This document shows, piece by piece, positions 25,233 to 37,613 of a stretch of 64,000 nucleotides of DNA. A program made the translations under genes and the position numbers. The stretch comes from Squalus acanthias (taxonomy: Eukaryota). Each line of letters opens with the position of its first letter. Position 1 is the stretch's first letter. Where the stretch lies: NCBI GenBank assembly GCA_030390025.1, contig CM059432.1, positions 135,286,001 to 135,350,000 on the forward strand. Direction: 5' to 3'. The notes beneath the pieces were generated by a model. It made no database searches. It was given only the letters and a program-made list of their open reading frames with translations, and was not told the origin of the DNA.

Positions 25233-25394
25233 TAGTAGCAAGCAGACTTCTTATAGTGGTATGGAGGTCGAGCCTACTGCCATCTCCCTCACTGTGGGGA
25301 AAATGCAATGAGAAAATATCAACTCTGGAAAAAAAAGCTTTTTAGGTGAAAGGAGAAATGGAAGTTATTAAATTTAAGACCGTGTCACGATAAC

Positions 25395-26290
25395 CACCAA
25401 CAACTTACATTGATAGTGCCTTTAGCATAGGAAAAATATCCCAACGCGCTTCAGAGGAGCGTTATCAAACAACATTAGACACCGAGCCACATAAGATGAT
25501 ATTAGGGACAGGTAATCAAAAGCTTGGTCAAAGAGGTAGGTTTTAAGGAGCGTCTTAAAGGAGGAGACAGGTAGACAGTCGGAGAGGTTTTGGGAGGGAA
25601 TTCCAGAACTTAGGGCCTAGGCAGCTGAAGACACGGCCGCCAATGGTGCAGTGTTTAAAATCGGGGATGCTCAAGAGGCCAGAATAGGAGGAGCACAGAG
25701 ATCTTGAAGGGTTGCAGGGCTGGAGGACAGTACAGATAGGGAAGGACGAGGCCATGGAGGGAAATGAAAACAAGAATGAGATATTTGATGGTGACCAAAA
25801 GCTTGAAAAGGTGGGTTTTAAGAAGGGTCCTAAACAAGAGGGAAGTGGAGAGGCAGAGAGACTTAAGGGGGGAATTCCAGAGTGTGGGGCCTAGGCAGCT
25901 GAAGGCATGGCCACCAATCGTGGGGCAAAGGAAGGGGGAGGCACAAGAAGCAAGAATCAGAGGAACGGAGGAAGAGTTACAGGGCTGGAGGAGGTTACAC
26001 AGATGGGGACTGGAGAGGCCATGAAGGAATTTAAACACACGGGTAAGAATTTTAAATGGGAGACTGGGAGCCACTGTAGGTCAGTGAGGACAGGGGTGAT
26101 GGGCGATGGAGCAGGATAAGATATGGGCTGCAAAGTTTTGAATGAGCTGAAGTTTATGGAGGCAGGAGGATGGGAGGCTGGACAAGAGAGCAATGGAATC
26201 GTCATGGCTAGAGTTGATAAAGGCATGGATGAGGGTTTCAGCAGCAGATGGGCTGAGGCAGGGGCGGAGGTGGGCGATGTTAGAGGTGGA
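25395..26290 (-). mobile_element. L2 LINE 3' fragments (two tandem or nested pieces)
   Basis: SPITPVLTDLQWLP and TIGGRVFSCLGPKFWNSLP motifs. Confidence 0.83.
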
Positions 26291-27119
26291 AGTAGGTAGT
26301 CCCTGTGGTCAGACACTCAGCTCAGGGTCACATAGGACGCCAAGGTTGCAAACAGATTGTATATTGGTTCTAATGTGCTGTACACTAACTTGATTACCAA
26401 GGTTGAAGATTTATCAAGACCAGTGCTGAATAGAGTTGATACAAGAGGTGAAATTTAAATATTCACATTAATGAATATACTCCATGTTCAGCTTCATTGC
26501 ATCTGTGTTTTGATGCCACTTTTAATACTTCAAGTATACAAAGTTTTGACATTCATTCCAGGTATGCAACTTATCTATTAGAAAAAAATCAGTTACTGAT
26601 TTGGGCTGGATAATAATTTACTAAAATAAAAAGAATAATTTCTTATTTTTTCCAGTGCCGTTACTTACTTTTAATGCACTTGAACTTTTATCAATTTTCT
26701 TAAATCAATACGTCCTAGTGCATTACAGTATTAGAAAAGGTAAATTAAATTAGCACTCAACATCCAAGTTAGAAACAACTTCAGCAAATTAAGACTACAT
26801 TAGACATTTTATGCAAAATAGATCAGAGGAAATGTTTTACTGTGAAAACGGACTTTTGTCCATTTTGGCCTTTAATCGGACGAACAAAAATGGAAAAAAA
26901 GAGACAAATCTGAGTAATAGGGAATTAACTATTCATTTTAGAGCAACTAGAAACTCCTGGTTTCCTAAATACATACATATGGAATACCATATGCTTCTCA
27001 ATAACTATGCTCAAAATGTGTATGCACACGATAGGTAGACAATGGCATTAAATGGATCAATGGTGATACGAGAGCCCATCACATCTCTAAAGATCAGAAA
27101 AAAGAGACAGACAAGTCAC

Positions 27120-29130
27120 TGTGAAAATGTAAATTCACTTTATTGTGCAGAGGGAGCTCCAGTTTGATTTAACAATACAGTAAAATCTGAATAAAGTGGT
27201 CACCTTCACCATTAAACTCAAGTGGTTCCTTAAAACTTTTGAATCCAGATGATATACAGTGACACTTAATGGCTTAACCACAACAGTATGTTAATTTGAA
27301 AACAATTACCGTGGCTGTGTTTGAGGGTGGTAGCTAGACCCTGATGCAGGCTCCATTTACTTTATATTGCTAACATGTCCATTTCTATTAATAGGTGTGG
27401 TGTGGCAATAGATGGATACTTAATCCAGATGGTTGCTTAATCAAGGTGACCATTAGAGCACATTTCACCGTTACTCATTTCATTACAACTACTTCACAGC
27501 TGCAGCATAGAATAACAATCGGAATCTGATGTCAGGCATCCATTATTTGAAGGCTATTTACAAAAATGGTATACAACTTCCTTTCACTATCAGAGCAATG
27601 TCTCTGAAGGACAGCCATGGGAAGCTATTTTAAATGGACACACTTTAGCATAATCACATGGAACCTAGCGTTCAAATGTTTAATTAAAACTAACAACCGG
27701 CAGGAACAGCGTTGCAACCTATCAATGATTTCGCCTGTATGACTCCCTTTAGGCATATTACTGGATACATATGGATAAATCAGAACGCTAGTTAATTAAG
27801 AATATGAATGCAATAAAGGATTTATTTTTATAGGTTATGAATACAAAAATTAATTTCCACAAGTCAGAAACCATTATATGAAGTACTTTGCTTCTTTACG
27901 AAAGAACGTAAGACATTTAATTCTCATACACTTTCTAAAGGGAATTTCAAGTGAGTGCAGTAAATTCTAAATCAGTGCTGGATCCAGGAAACTGCTGGCG
28001 GGAAACATGGTCGATCCTCTTTGTAAAAATATCACATCATCTGCTGTACTCCACTTTATTATATAGACTCTAAAGGAGCACAATGCCCCAGAATAATTGG
28101 AATTATGATCTTGATGATTTAAAGAAAGTTGGTTTCTTTACAGTTGCTTTTTGGATTATGATTATTGGAGAACACAAGCTCTCAAGGGGGGGGAAAAAAA
28201 CTTCTAAATTCTCCCAGACTCGAGTCCACAATGGAATGAAGACTTGAGTCTGGCCAAGAAAAGTAGAAATGGAAATTTTTAAGTTGTACAATAATGCATG
28301 TTCTTAGGCTATTTGCAAAAAAAAAGTCAAAACTTGTTAAGTAGAATGCCTCACATAAAATTCAGGTTGTAGAATTCATAAGGTAAATCTCCAAAAATAA
28401 ATACAAGTAGATAATACTGGGGAGAAAATAAAGGGGAGGTAGACAGCAATATGCTAATGACAATGTGGTATGTTGAAAGCCTGCTGTGCATATCCCTGTT
28501 AGTGCATATTTGCTTCACAAACGCAGCTGCAATTTAGATGCAGGGAAATATAGACAAGTTAATAGCAAATGCTAAAGTGGAGAGCACTTATAAAGGTAGC
28601 TGAAATTCTAATAAATATATAGTGCTAATTTGTTGCTTTATGCACAAGGGCATCAATAAGTGAGCTTTTATACGACACAATTTGGACTATTGCGCTAACT
28701 AATACTTGATGGACAATTTTGCAACTAGTTACAGAATTGTTATGCAGGAACAAGTACAACAACAAATTTTTAAACAAAAGTACATTTGAATTTTTACATA
28801 AATTAGCAAGAAAAAAAGGGGGAAAGTAAAAAAAAAGATATACAAAGACAAGTTATTTCCATTTTCTCCCTGACTTCATCGGTACTGTGAAAAGTTTGAA
28901 GGCGTTCCTTCATTTCAGAGGTCCTTTGCAGTACCTGTTATTCAGAAGTGCTGTCATTTTCGTTCAATGCTTCACACACAGTGTGCGCAGCATTTCATTG
29001 CTTTTTTTTGGCTGTTTGGTCAACAGACCATTTTCACAAGACTTCAGTTTCCCTGTGAAGTGTTTTTAGGGATGATTAGACCCCTCCGCAGCGATGGCAA
29101 AAGTGTCACTTATTGAACAAAACATCTGCA
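27120..29130 (-). other. ATP9B: Probable ATP9B 3'UTR (~2 kb)
   Basis: AT-rich stretch with no recognisable LINE or SINE between the stop codon and the candidate poly(A) signal. Confidence 0.6.
27139..27144 (-). terminator. Candidate polyadenylation signal AATAAA
   Basis: tttatt on plus; followed ~25 nt downstream (minus) by GU/U-rich agtgacttgtctgtctcttttttctg. A second AATAAA lies at 27821-27826. Confidence 0.6.
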
Positions 29131-29267
29131 CTACGAGGTAAGTTTGGAGTAACTGGGTGGAGAGAATTTGCGCTTCAAGTACTTGAGAATATAAAGTGGA
29201 AGACAACTGACGAGGGTAATCGCTGACACTTTCCACAGGAAGGTCACAGTGGTGATAAAGGCGACAT
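29131..29267 (-). CDS. ATP9B: ATP9B last coding exon (137 nt including TAG)
   Basis: (D)[44 protein letters not shown]; cag acceptor at 29268-70. The 11 exons sum to 1299 nt, in frame. Confidence 0.96.
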
Positions 29268-29853
29268 CTGTAAAAGCAGGAAGTTAACTCCATTACGTTA
29301 TTAAACATAGGACTTTATGAGTTTCATCTATTGATTGACCAGTACACTTCACTATTGTGAATGCAATTTTAAAAGGGAGAAAAATGCCTGACTTTTTGCA
29401 AGTATAACTTCTTTGATATTAAGTAAAACACTGAATAAATAAGCACAAAAAAGATAATAGTCAGGAGTGCAATCATGACTCTATATAGCCTGTAAATTGA
29501 TATTTCTTTACAAATGAAACTGAAGTATAGGTTTTAATTATTTTACAGATTTATTCCTCCTCACCTCCAGGCAGTCACTCAAGTTAGGAGATGTGCTGTG
29601 TTGCAGACACTTTGGTCACACTGAATGCTATTATGCCACAAGGTGGTCAGGCAGGGTGCTTTCCCCAGTAAGGTCCCCTCCCCACTAGGGCTGCTAACTC
29701 TTGTTGGACGTATTCCTGGAGGTTTGATCACGTGACAGAGAGTTGGCATGCCTACTCGCCCCCCCCCCCCCCTCTCCCCCACCCCACTCAGAGATGGAGT
29801 GCTCCACCTGGTGACCAATTTGAGGGCAATTTCTTGAACAAAACAAACACATT

Positions 29854-30503
29854 GGGCTCAATTTTGCCAGGCCCGAGGAGGCGGGAATAGAGGCGTGTGG
29901 GGTGTTAAAATTGCAAAAAATGGCGGGCGGGCCCGACCCCACCTCCATGCAATTTTCCCAAATGCGTGGTTTCTGATCCCGTCTCCGTCCCGCCTCCAAG
30001 AGGCGGGATAGGCCCTTAACAACCACTTAATTGCCTCTATAATCCCATTTTGAGGGGTCTTTCTGATTTTAAGACTTTTCCGACGTGATGCACGCCTCCT
30101 CTGAAACACGACGGTGAAACCTGGCGGTAGCACATTTGGATTGCTGACTATCAGCCGCAGGTCCACCATTAAGAAGGAGATTTGATCAGGTGGTGGTGGT
30201 AAAAAAAAATTCTGGGAGCAGACTTAGGTCTCCTGCTGCTCATTTTGCCTCCAGGTCCCTCTCACAGCAAAGGCCAAAAGCTTCCCAGTCTTTGCAGACC
30301 TTAAATGCAGCAGCAATGATGACATCATCAGAGGCGACTTTCAGACTGAAAAACTAATTGGGTCATGGGTTCCCACATGCTGGAACTCAATTGCCCAATT
30401 AGGGGAAATTCAAATAATTCTCCCACATCCAATTGGAGTCGGGTGGCTAACACGAAAAGCGGATGATACGACTCCAGCCCGCCCCATGACAAAAATCAAG
30501 CCC
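29854..30503. mobile_element. MITE, PIF/Harbinger-like (family H4)
   Basis: TIRs gggctcaattttg / caaaaatcaagccc; ATT TSD at 29851-53 and 30504-06. Confidence 0.72.
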
Positions 30504-31435
30504 ATTATCTTCTTCAATTTTTTTGTCTGTTTTCCAAAATACAAAAATGTTTAAAATGTGCAAATGTCAGACATCAGTATCTACCTCATGGAAAAACAGT
30601 CAGTTCTTCAAGGCACATACTGATCCTCAAGTGATCCTCAACATCTAATATTGGGGATAGTAGGCATTCAACAAGCCAGTTTATTAGAAGCACATCAATC
30701 TGGACAGCAACTACTCATTTGTTGGACATGTATACCTATTTAGATGTGAAGAGATTTCACTCTAGTATTATATTTACTTACAAAATATGTGTAATAAAAT
30801 TTACTGGATAAAAGAGAAAATAAGATGCTCTAATAAGGTTATCAGACTGCAATGAAACACAGGAAGAGAAAGGCCACTCCTAAAATGTGTGCCGTAGGAA
30901 CAGGAGGAGGCCATTCAGCCCCTTGAGCCTGTTCAACCACTCAATTAGATCATGGCTGATCTGTATCTTAACTCCATCTACCAGCCTTGGTTCCATAACC
31001 CTTAATACCCATCATAGACTTGCCCCAATTTATTTGATTTGGAGGGAAGAATTGCCAGATTACCTCTGGGTCCCTGAAAGGAATCAAGTGAAACTTAATT
31101 TACATAGTAACACATTTCAGCCACGAGAAGACTAGTGTCCATTAAGACTGACCATCCAATTATGCCTTTTCTTTCCTTTAAGATATTTTACTTGAATTAT
31201 TAACCAGTAAGTTAATTTTACAATCTACATTTCTTACTACTGACTGCTCGCATTCCCTAGATGATCTTTCTAAATTCCTAGGACCAGAATCAAAACTTTC
31301 CAAATAATGTCTTACTAATAAGGCATATATTCATGATAACATTCACTGATGTTCTTAGCCCAGATAGTTATCCTGCGTCTTGAAAAAAGAGTTAAGTACT
31401 TATGATAGTAGTTGATTCCACATATCTACTACTAT

Positions 31436-32149
31436 GGTCCGTAATTTGCAGTTAGTGGCGAAGCAAAGGCACTTGCCGCTAGCCCCTAAGAAAGCTGCCC
31501 ACAGAGATCTCGCAATCTTTGTGGCGAGAAGTTTGCCTTTTTTGACGTTCAATTGATTTCAGCGTTCTGTAATGGGAATTCCCAGTGCGATGCTGCTGTG
31601 ACGTCAACAAGCTGTCTAAGCAGCCAATCACACTGCAGAATTCTCAAGACAGGAAACGAGAAGCTGCTTTTATCCGGAATTTTAAAAATTGTAGAGAGTG
31701 AAACAAAGATTGGGATTCTCACACGGGGATAAGGTAGAACCTGAAATATCATGAACAAACTAAAAATTGTAATTTTTAATCACAATGAAGAAATGTGACA
31801 CTCCACAAATATAAAAATTAGTTTTTCAGGGTCAGATGTTTGTTTAGCAGTCAATATGCTGTTAAAACCCCAGTTACACTTATTCCAACAATGCGTAACA
31901 TTTAATGGAGTATTTAACAGCGATATTACCGCGGAAAAGCCCAAGTTTTCATCAGTTTCACTGATTACCGACTATTTGGGGGGGGTCCACAGCGCAGCCA
32001 GAGTCGGAGCAGCGAATGACTGACCGCAACTTCAGGATTTCCGTGTTTCGATGCGCATACGCTACATCTTGAGGTTGCGGTCAGATTCAGGGGGTAACGA
32101 CAGCGAACACTGTTAGTTCGCTATTATTACCCATCGCAAATTCCGGGCT
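31436..32149. mobile_element. MITE, PIF/Harbinger-like (family H3)
   Basis: TIRs ggtccgtaatttgc / gcaaattccgggct; TAT TSD; paralog at 38963-39380. Confidence 0.78.
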
Positions 32150-33487
32150 TATGTGTTTGGGCAGGGTTGGGGGGGGCACAGGGATGGGAAGAGCGAGGTG
32201 GAGAGGAACAGAATTTTTCTGACTTTGAGATTTGCCAAATTTTTATGTGCCCTCTAGTTCTATTTTAAGTTAACTAATCTTATTATCTATACTTCTTAGC
32301 ATTTTACATGCAGATAATGGTGAATTTAAAGTTCTAGTAATAAAATGAACTGGGTGTCACACTCCCAGCATACTTAATGATACTGGGAATTGACAGGCTA
32401 ACAACTTGTATTTACAAAGCACTTTTAATGAAGATAATGACTCTTCCATCTAGCAGGGAAACCCTGAACAAGAGGACAATCTTAAAATTCAAACCAAGAT
32501 GGTTAAAAGCAAATTCAGAGAAAAAAAAGTGTTCACACAAACATTGAGAGAATGTGGAATGCAGTATCCCAGAAAGCCATAGATCCAGAATCAATTGAGG
32601 TGTTTAAAGGGGAGATAAGATCTTTACTTGGAAAGGCTTCCTTGCACTTAGCCCAAATGAAAACATCGCTCCCAGTACAAAGCCCCAGTTGAATGTTTCA
32701 AAACAGAAAGGATTAGCTTACAAAATCCCATCAGCAGATGCACTAGGAAACAGCTGATGGCTGGGAAAGAAGCAGACAGGAGCAGCCCTTAGTAAGGGGC
32801 ACCTACAGTGGGAACACGCAGCATCCTGAAGTCATCTCCTTCCATAAACTCAGATACATCTGCAATGTCAGTAAAACCCTACACTTGATCTCAGTAGCAT
32901 TTTACCTCCTCCCACTTCTTCCCCCCCCCCCCCACCCCACCCAACCAACAACACCCCTTTCACAGTTCACACAGAACTCCTGCACACTAACCCTAAACTC
33001 CTCCCCTTTGTAAATGTACATTTCACACAGCAAATGTTAAGCAGAATTAGCTAAATGTACAGTACAATTTATTTAACTAAGTGACCAAAAAACTGATGAC
33101 ATTTTGCTGATAAAGCCCTCCTTTAGTATTAAAAAATATTTTGAATGCAGATGTTACAAAAACAAAATTAAAAAGAAATAGAAAAAAAGAGGCCAGCTTA
33201 CGAGGGAATCATACCTCAAGCATATGTACAAATTGTAAAGAAATAAAGAGGTATTATAATCTTAGACACGATACCATAGTATCTGAAAGGTGTTTTCTGT
33301 TCTTAGCTTCAAAGATACACTTAAGTTAAAAAGGAATGTAATCACTGCTGTATAGTTAATATATGCCAACAAATAACATTTTCTACTGATTACCAGAACA
33401 AAAACAATACATTCCCCATACATGTAAAATAGACTTGTGAACTTTAGGTTTCTCTTAAGGAAATGACAAACCTCTGGACCAACTTAC

Positions 33488-33691
33488 CAAAGTACTCATT
33501 GAGAAAAGCAAGGGAGGCCACATAGCAGCCAAGACTGAGGAACTCCCCCACAACCATAAACCAATGCCAGGTTCGGATAGTAAGTGCAACCATCAGCAAC
33601 TCAGTCAAGATGAGGGCGGTGAAGGAAATTGCTACGACATGTACAAACTCAGACTCAAACAGCACCAATGCCCCATATATTAAAATGCCAC
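33488..33691 (-). CDS. ATP9B: ATP9B coding exon (204 nt), transmembrane segments
   Basis: (G)[67 protein letters not shown]; cag/gtaag boundaries. Confidence 0.96.
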
Positions 33692-34667
33692 CTGAAATAA
33701 ATCAAATGCATCAGTCACAATTGCTCTTTTTCCTGAGTGACAGGACATGAGCAAGATTTAGTTGTTACATACTTTAATTTTCATGCAATTATGAATATAA
33801 AGTGTCTGAAATCATAATATATCAAGGATATAAGTGGCTGATTACAAAGCAGTTTTGGCAGGGATTGGATGCATATCACTGTCAGATGGGGAATGATATG
33901 GAGGTCAGTTAGTACCTAAAAGGGAAAGTGGAACAAATAAAACAGAAAAATAATTCAAAATGTATCTGTTGCATCGACAGGTTCTAACTGTGGATCAATC
34001 GTTTATTGCTTGTTAAAGGAAACGCAACATTATATTTTCAAATTAAGCTTATTTGCAATCTCACACTCTCAGAATCTACTTAACAGATCTTTACTACAGA
34101 TACAATATCATAGTTTCATATGCTATTTCCCCAGGGAATTATTTTTAAATGCGTATGTATAAGAGAATTAGATTATTGAGGTGACCTACTGCTACTATAT
34201 TAGCACTCAATATCTGGTCTTCTGTTGTCTGAATATGGGAATTTACAGTTTTAAGTGGTCAACTTACAATAGAGGGCTCCAAGTGAAGTTTTTTAAAATT
34301 TGTTTTACTTCAATGTGTGCAGTTATAAGTTTTATTTTATCTTCCTTCTTAATGCAGGGCCTTTATATAGTTCATTTCCACATCACCCCTAAGTATCTGA
34401 CTATTGGATTTTAAAGTACAGTTTACAATGTCACTGAACAATTAGCTAATGAGAGGTATTGCTGGGCAAATTGACTATACCAGGGTTTATTTGCAATACC
34501 AGTTGGGTTGGACCAGATTTCTGATTGGTCCCCTTGGAGGACAAGACACACCCAAAGGTTTGTCTAGAATGTGTAATTTGATCCAGTCTTGTCACGCAGC
34601 CTACAGAAAGTGGAGCTGCAGTTAGCTTTGTGAAAATCCTGTTATCTAGTGTTCTGCAATTGTAATG

Positions 34668-34826
34668 AGACAGAAAGACAGAAAGACAGAAAGACAGAAA
34701 GACAGAAAGACAGAAAGACAGAAAGACAGAAAGACAGAAAGACAGAAAGACAGAAAGACAGAAAGACAGAAAGACAGAAAGACAGAAAGACAGAAAGACA
34801 GAAAGACAGAAAGACAGAAAGACAGA
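34668..34826. repeat. Perfect (AGACAGAA)n octamer array, ~20 units
   Basis: Direct reading; abuts the 3' tail of the SINE at 34827. Confidence 0.97.
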
Positions 34827-35140
34827 CTTGCATTTATAGCGCCTTTCACGACCACCGGATGTCCCAAAGCGCTTTACAGCCAATGAAGTACTTTTTGAAG
34901 TATATTCACTGTTGCAATGTAGGAAACGCAGCAGCCACTTTATCACATTGCTGTTTGTGGGAGCTTGCTGTGCGCAATGACCAGATAATCTGTTTTTGTT
35001 ATGTTGGTTGAGAGATAAATATTGGCCGGGACACCGGGGATAACTCCCCTGCTCTTCTTCGAAATAGTGCCATGGAATCTTTTACGTCCACCTGAGAGGG
35101 CAGACAGGGCCTCGGTTTAATGTCTCATCCAAAAGACAGT
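34827..35140 (-). mobile_element. Deu-domain SINE (SacSINE1/AmnSINE1-like)
   Basis: cccaaagcgctttacagccaatgaagtactttttgaag...gtaggaaacgcagcagcca and gggagcttgctgtgcgcaa are Deu-domain hallmarks (recalled). Confidence 0.75.
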
Positions 35141-35862
35141 TATAGTTATACTTGGCTGGTAAAATAAAAGACTTTATTACACTAATTAGTGGGTTACTTA
35201 CTTCTTTGAAGTTTTATGGGGTTTTTTTCCTTCTGGAAGTGATAAAAATGATCACCCCCTTTGCCAGCCACGTAAATGTTGTTCATTTAGTGATACAAAA
35301 CAAAACCTGTTTCTCACAACAAAGATAGATTCAAAGCAGACACTACCCTGGGGTGCATAATCAGCTCCTTGAATGGTAGGCATACTCGTAGCATTCCTTA
35401 ATTTTAAATGTGAGCGGTTTTAAAGATGCATCTTTCTTAATTTGTTCTCGGGGCTGAGTATAGTCTGTTCAATCCAAGTGCGAGTTATGTGGAAAACAAC
35501 GTGAATTCAGGCTTCTTAAAGGCAACATTATTGGAAGTCTTTGGTATCAAAGGTAGGACCTGCACGTTCTAGGAATCTACTGCACAGTAAGCATTTTTGG
35601 TAATTTTTAATCTTAAGGGTATATTTTATTTTATTAGAAAATTATGGAATGGCAATTTCAGGTAACAACACACTAGCCCTAACTAGAAGTCACAGCACCA
35701 GTCGCCAAACTGGACTGAAATCTGAATGAGCCCAATTACAGATCGCAACACAGCTGTTTAAATGTGGATTTATAAAAAAATTCAGACCTTATATTAGTTT
35801 GTTCCATTATCAACTATAAGAGCCAGAAATTCTTACCGCAGAATGTAAAATTTGTGACATAC

Positions 35863-35920
35863 CTTGGTATATGCTTATTAGAACCCAAATAAGGAATGTC
35901 TTGAAGGACAATGAACGCCC
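35863..35920 (-). CDS. ATP9B: ATP9B coding exon (58 nt)
   Basis: [19 protein letters not shown]+G; cag/gtatg boundaries; manual translation. Confidence 0.95.
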
Positions 35921-35987
35921 CTGATAAAAAAAATAATAATTTTAAATTATTCAATCACTACTGTGCTTATTTTTGGATAAATATTAT

Positions 35988-36297
35988 AAGAACATAAGAA
36001 ATAGGAGCAGGAGTAGGCCATTCAATAAGATCATGGCTGATTATCTACCTCAACTCCACTTTCCCGTACTATTCCCACATCCCTCGATTCCCTTAATATC
36101 CAAATCTATCCATCGCTGTCCTGAATATACTTAACGACTGAGCATCCACAGCTCTCGGGGGTAGAGAATTCCAAAGATTCACAACCCTTTGAGTGAAGAA
36201 ATTTCTACTCATCTCAGTCCTAAATGGCCGACCCCTTATTCTGAGACTGTGACCCCGAGTTCTAGACTCCCTAGCTAGGGGAAACATCCTTCCCAGC
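35988..36297 (-). mobile_element. CR1 LINE 3' fragment
   Basis: FPLARESRTRGHSLRIRGRPF...RVVNLWNSLP. Confidence 0.9.
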
Positions 36298-36495
36298 ATT
36301 ATGCCTGCAATGATCTAAAACGCAGCTCTTTATGGTGTGTGTGTGCTGCCTGTTAGTTCAGAGGCTAGATACATTGCCTGATGTAGTGCCATTGCTGACA
36401 CAGAAGGTACCAGGTTCAATCCATGGTCTGTATTAATTAGTGCATCTCAGATCAGGTAGCGGTAGGAGTGTCTCCAGATTAGGGAGGAGGAATGT

Positions 36496-36962
36496 CAACA
36501 ACTTGTATTTATATACCGCCTTTAATGTAGTAAAACATCCCAAGGCGCTGCACGGAAGCCTCAAACAAAATCGGACAACGAGCCACATAAGGAGATATTA
36601 GGACAGATGAGCAAAAGCTTGGTCAAAGAGGTAGGTCTTAAGGAGCAGAGAGGTAGAGAGGTTTCGGGAGGAAATTCCAGGGCATTGGGCCTCAGCAGCT
36701 GAAGGCAAGGCCACCAATGATGGAGCGATTAAAATCGGGGATGCTTAAGATGCGAGAACTAGAGGAGTGCAGAGATCTCGGAGGGTTGTAGGGCTGGAGG
36801 AGGTTAGAGAGATAGGGAGGGATTTGAAAACCAGGAGGAGAGTTTTAAAATTAAGGTGTTGCCAGACCAGGAGCCAATATAGGTCAGCGAGCACAGGGGT
36901 GATGGGTGAACAGGACTTGGTGCAAGTTAGGATACGGGCAGAGTTTTGGATTAACTCAAGTT
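36496..36962 (-). mobile_element. L2 LINE 3' fragment nested in an ancient SINE
   Basis: Matches the reverse complement of ~3950-4433. Confidence 0.82.
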
Positions 36963-37488
36963 CCTATCGGCGGAATTTCCACTTTTAATCACTCTATAGC
37001 GACCTCCCCCCCCGCCCGCCTTTGTGGGAAAGTGAAAATGTGCAATGCCCAATAAAGATCAGGCTCAGCTGTAATGCCACTCCCAGTCAAATAACCTGCT
37101 GACATTCACCGCCAAGGCTCACTTTAAAAATGGCCAGTTGGATGAGGAACCGGGAGGGCTGTCAGCACCAATGGAATGGTACCCTAACGTGACAAAGTTT
37201 TCTGGAGAGGATAGGAGAAAGCAGGACAAAAAAAAATTGGGAAAAAATTAAATTTCAGAATCCTGCATTAGCTCTTAATAGCAGCTGACACATAACTCAA
37301 TATAAAAGTGCATCATGACATATTCTTCAGTAGTGTTTTATTGATATTAGCTCTATTATAAAACAATTTGCAGTGGACTTTACAAAGCATGAAAGGGAAA
37401 AGTGAGGAGTGCGCATAAAGATCTCATTGATAGTTGTAGAAGAGATAGTTGACAGTGAATTGATGGAGTACAAAAATGCAGTCCCAAT

Positions 37489-37613
37489 TAATGTTCCCTT
37501 GAAGCTGCAGCGCTCTCTGGACCTCCCGCGCAGCCGGCTCTTCAATGGGGAAAACTGCACATGCACGGTATTTGAACGGGCCGCGCACCCAAAAAAAAAT
37601 AACGGGAACACTG
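37489..37613. mobile_element. Short hAT-type MITE
   Basis: TIRs taatgttccc / gggaacactg; degenerate 8-bp TSD gtcccaat/gtctcaac; inverted paralog at 45146-45288. Confidence 0.7.

Noticed and set aside
1..27100. NFATC1 exons expected downstream of ATP9B by human synteny
   Set aside because: No ORF or manual translation resembled NFATC1; it likely lies beyond the left edge.
31486..31500. ctaagaaagct resembling the end of the missing ATP9B microexon
   Set aside because: Lies inside MITE H3, with no donor site and no further codon match.
34446..35011. Long repetitive ORFs (SVFLSFCL / TERQKDRK)
   Set aside because: Translation artefacts of the octamer array; not a gene and not CRISPR (no spacers).
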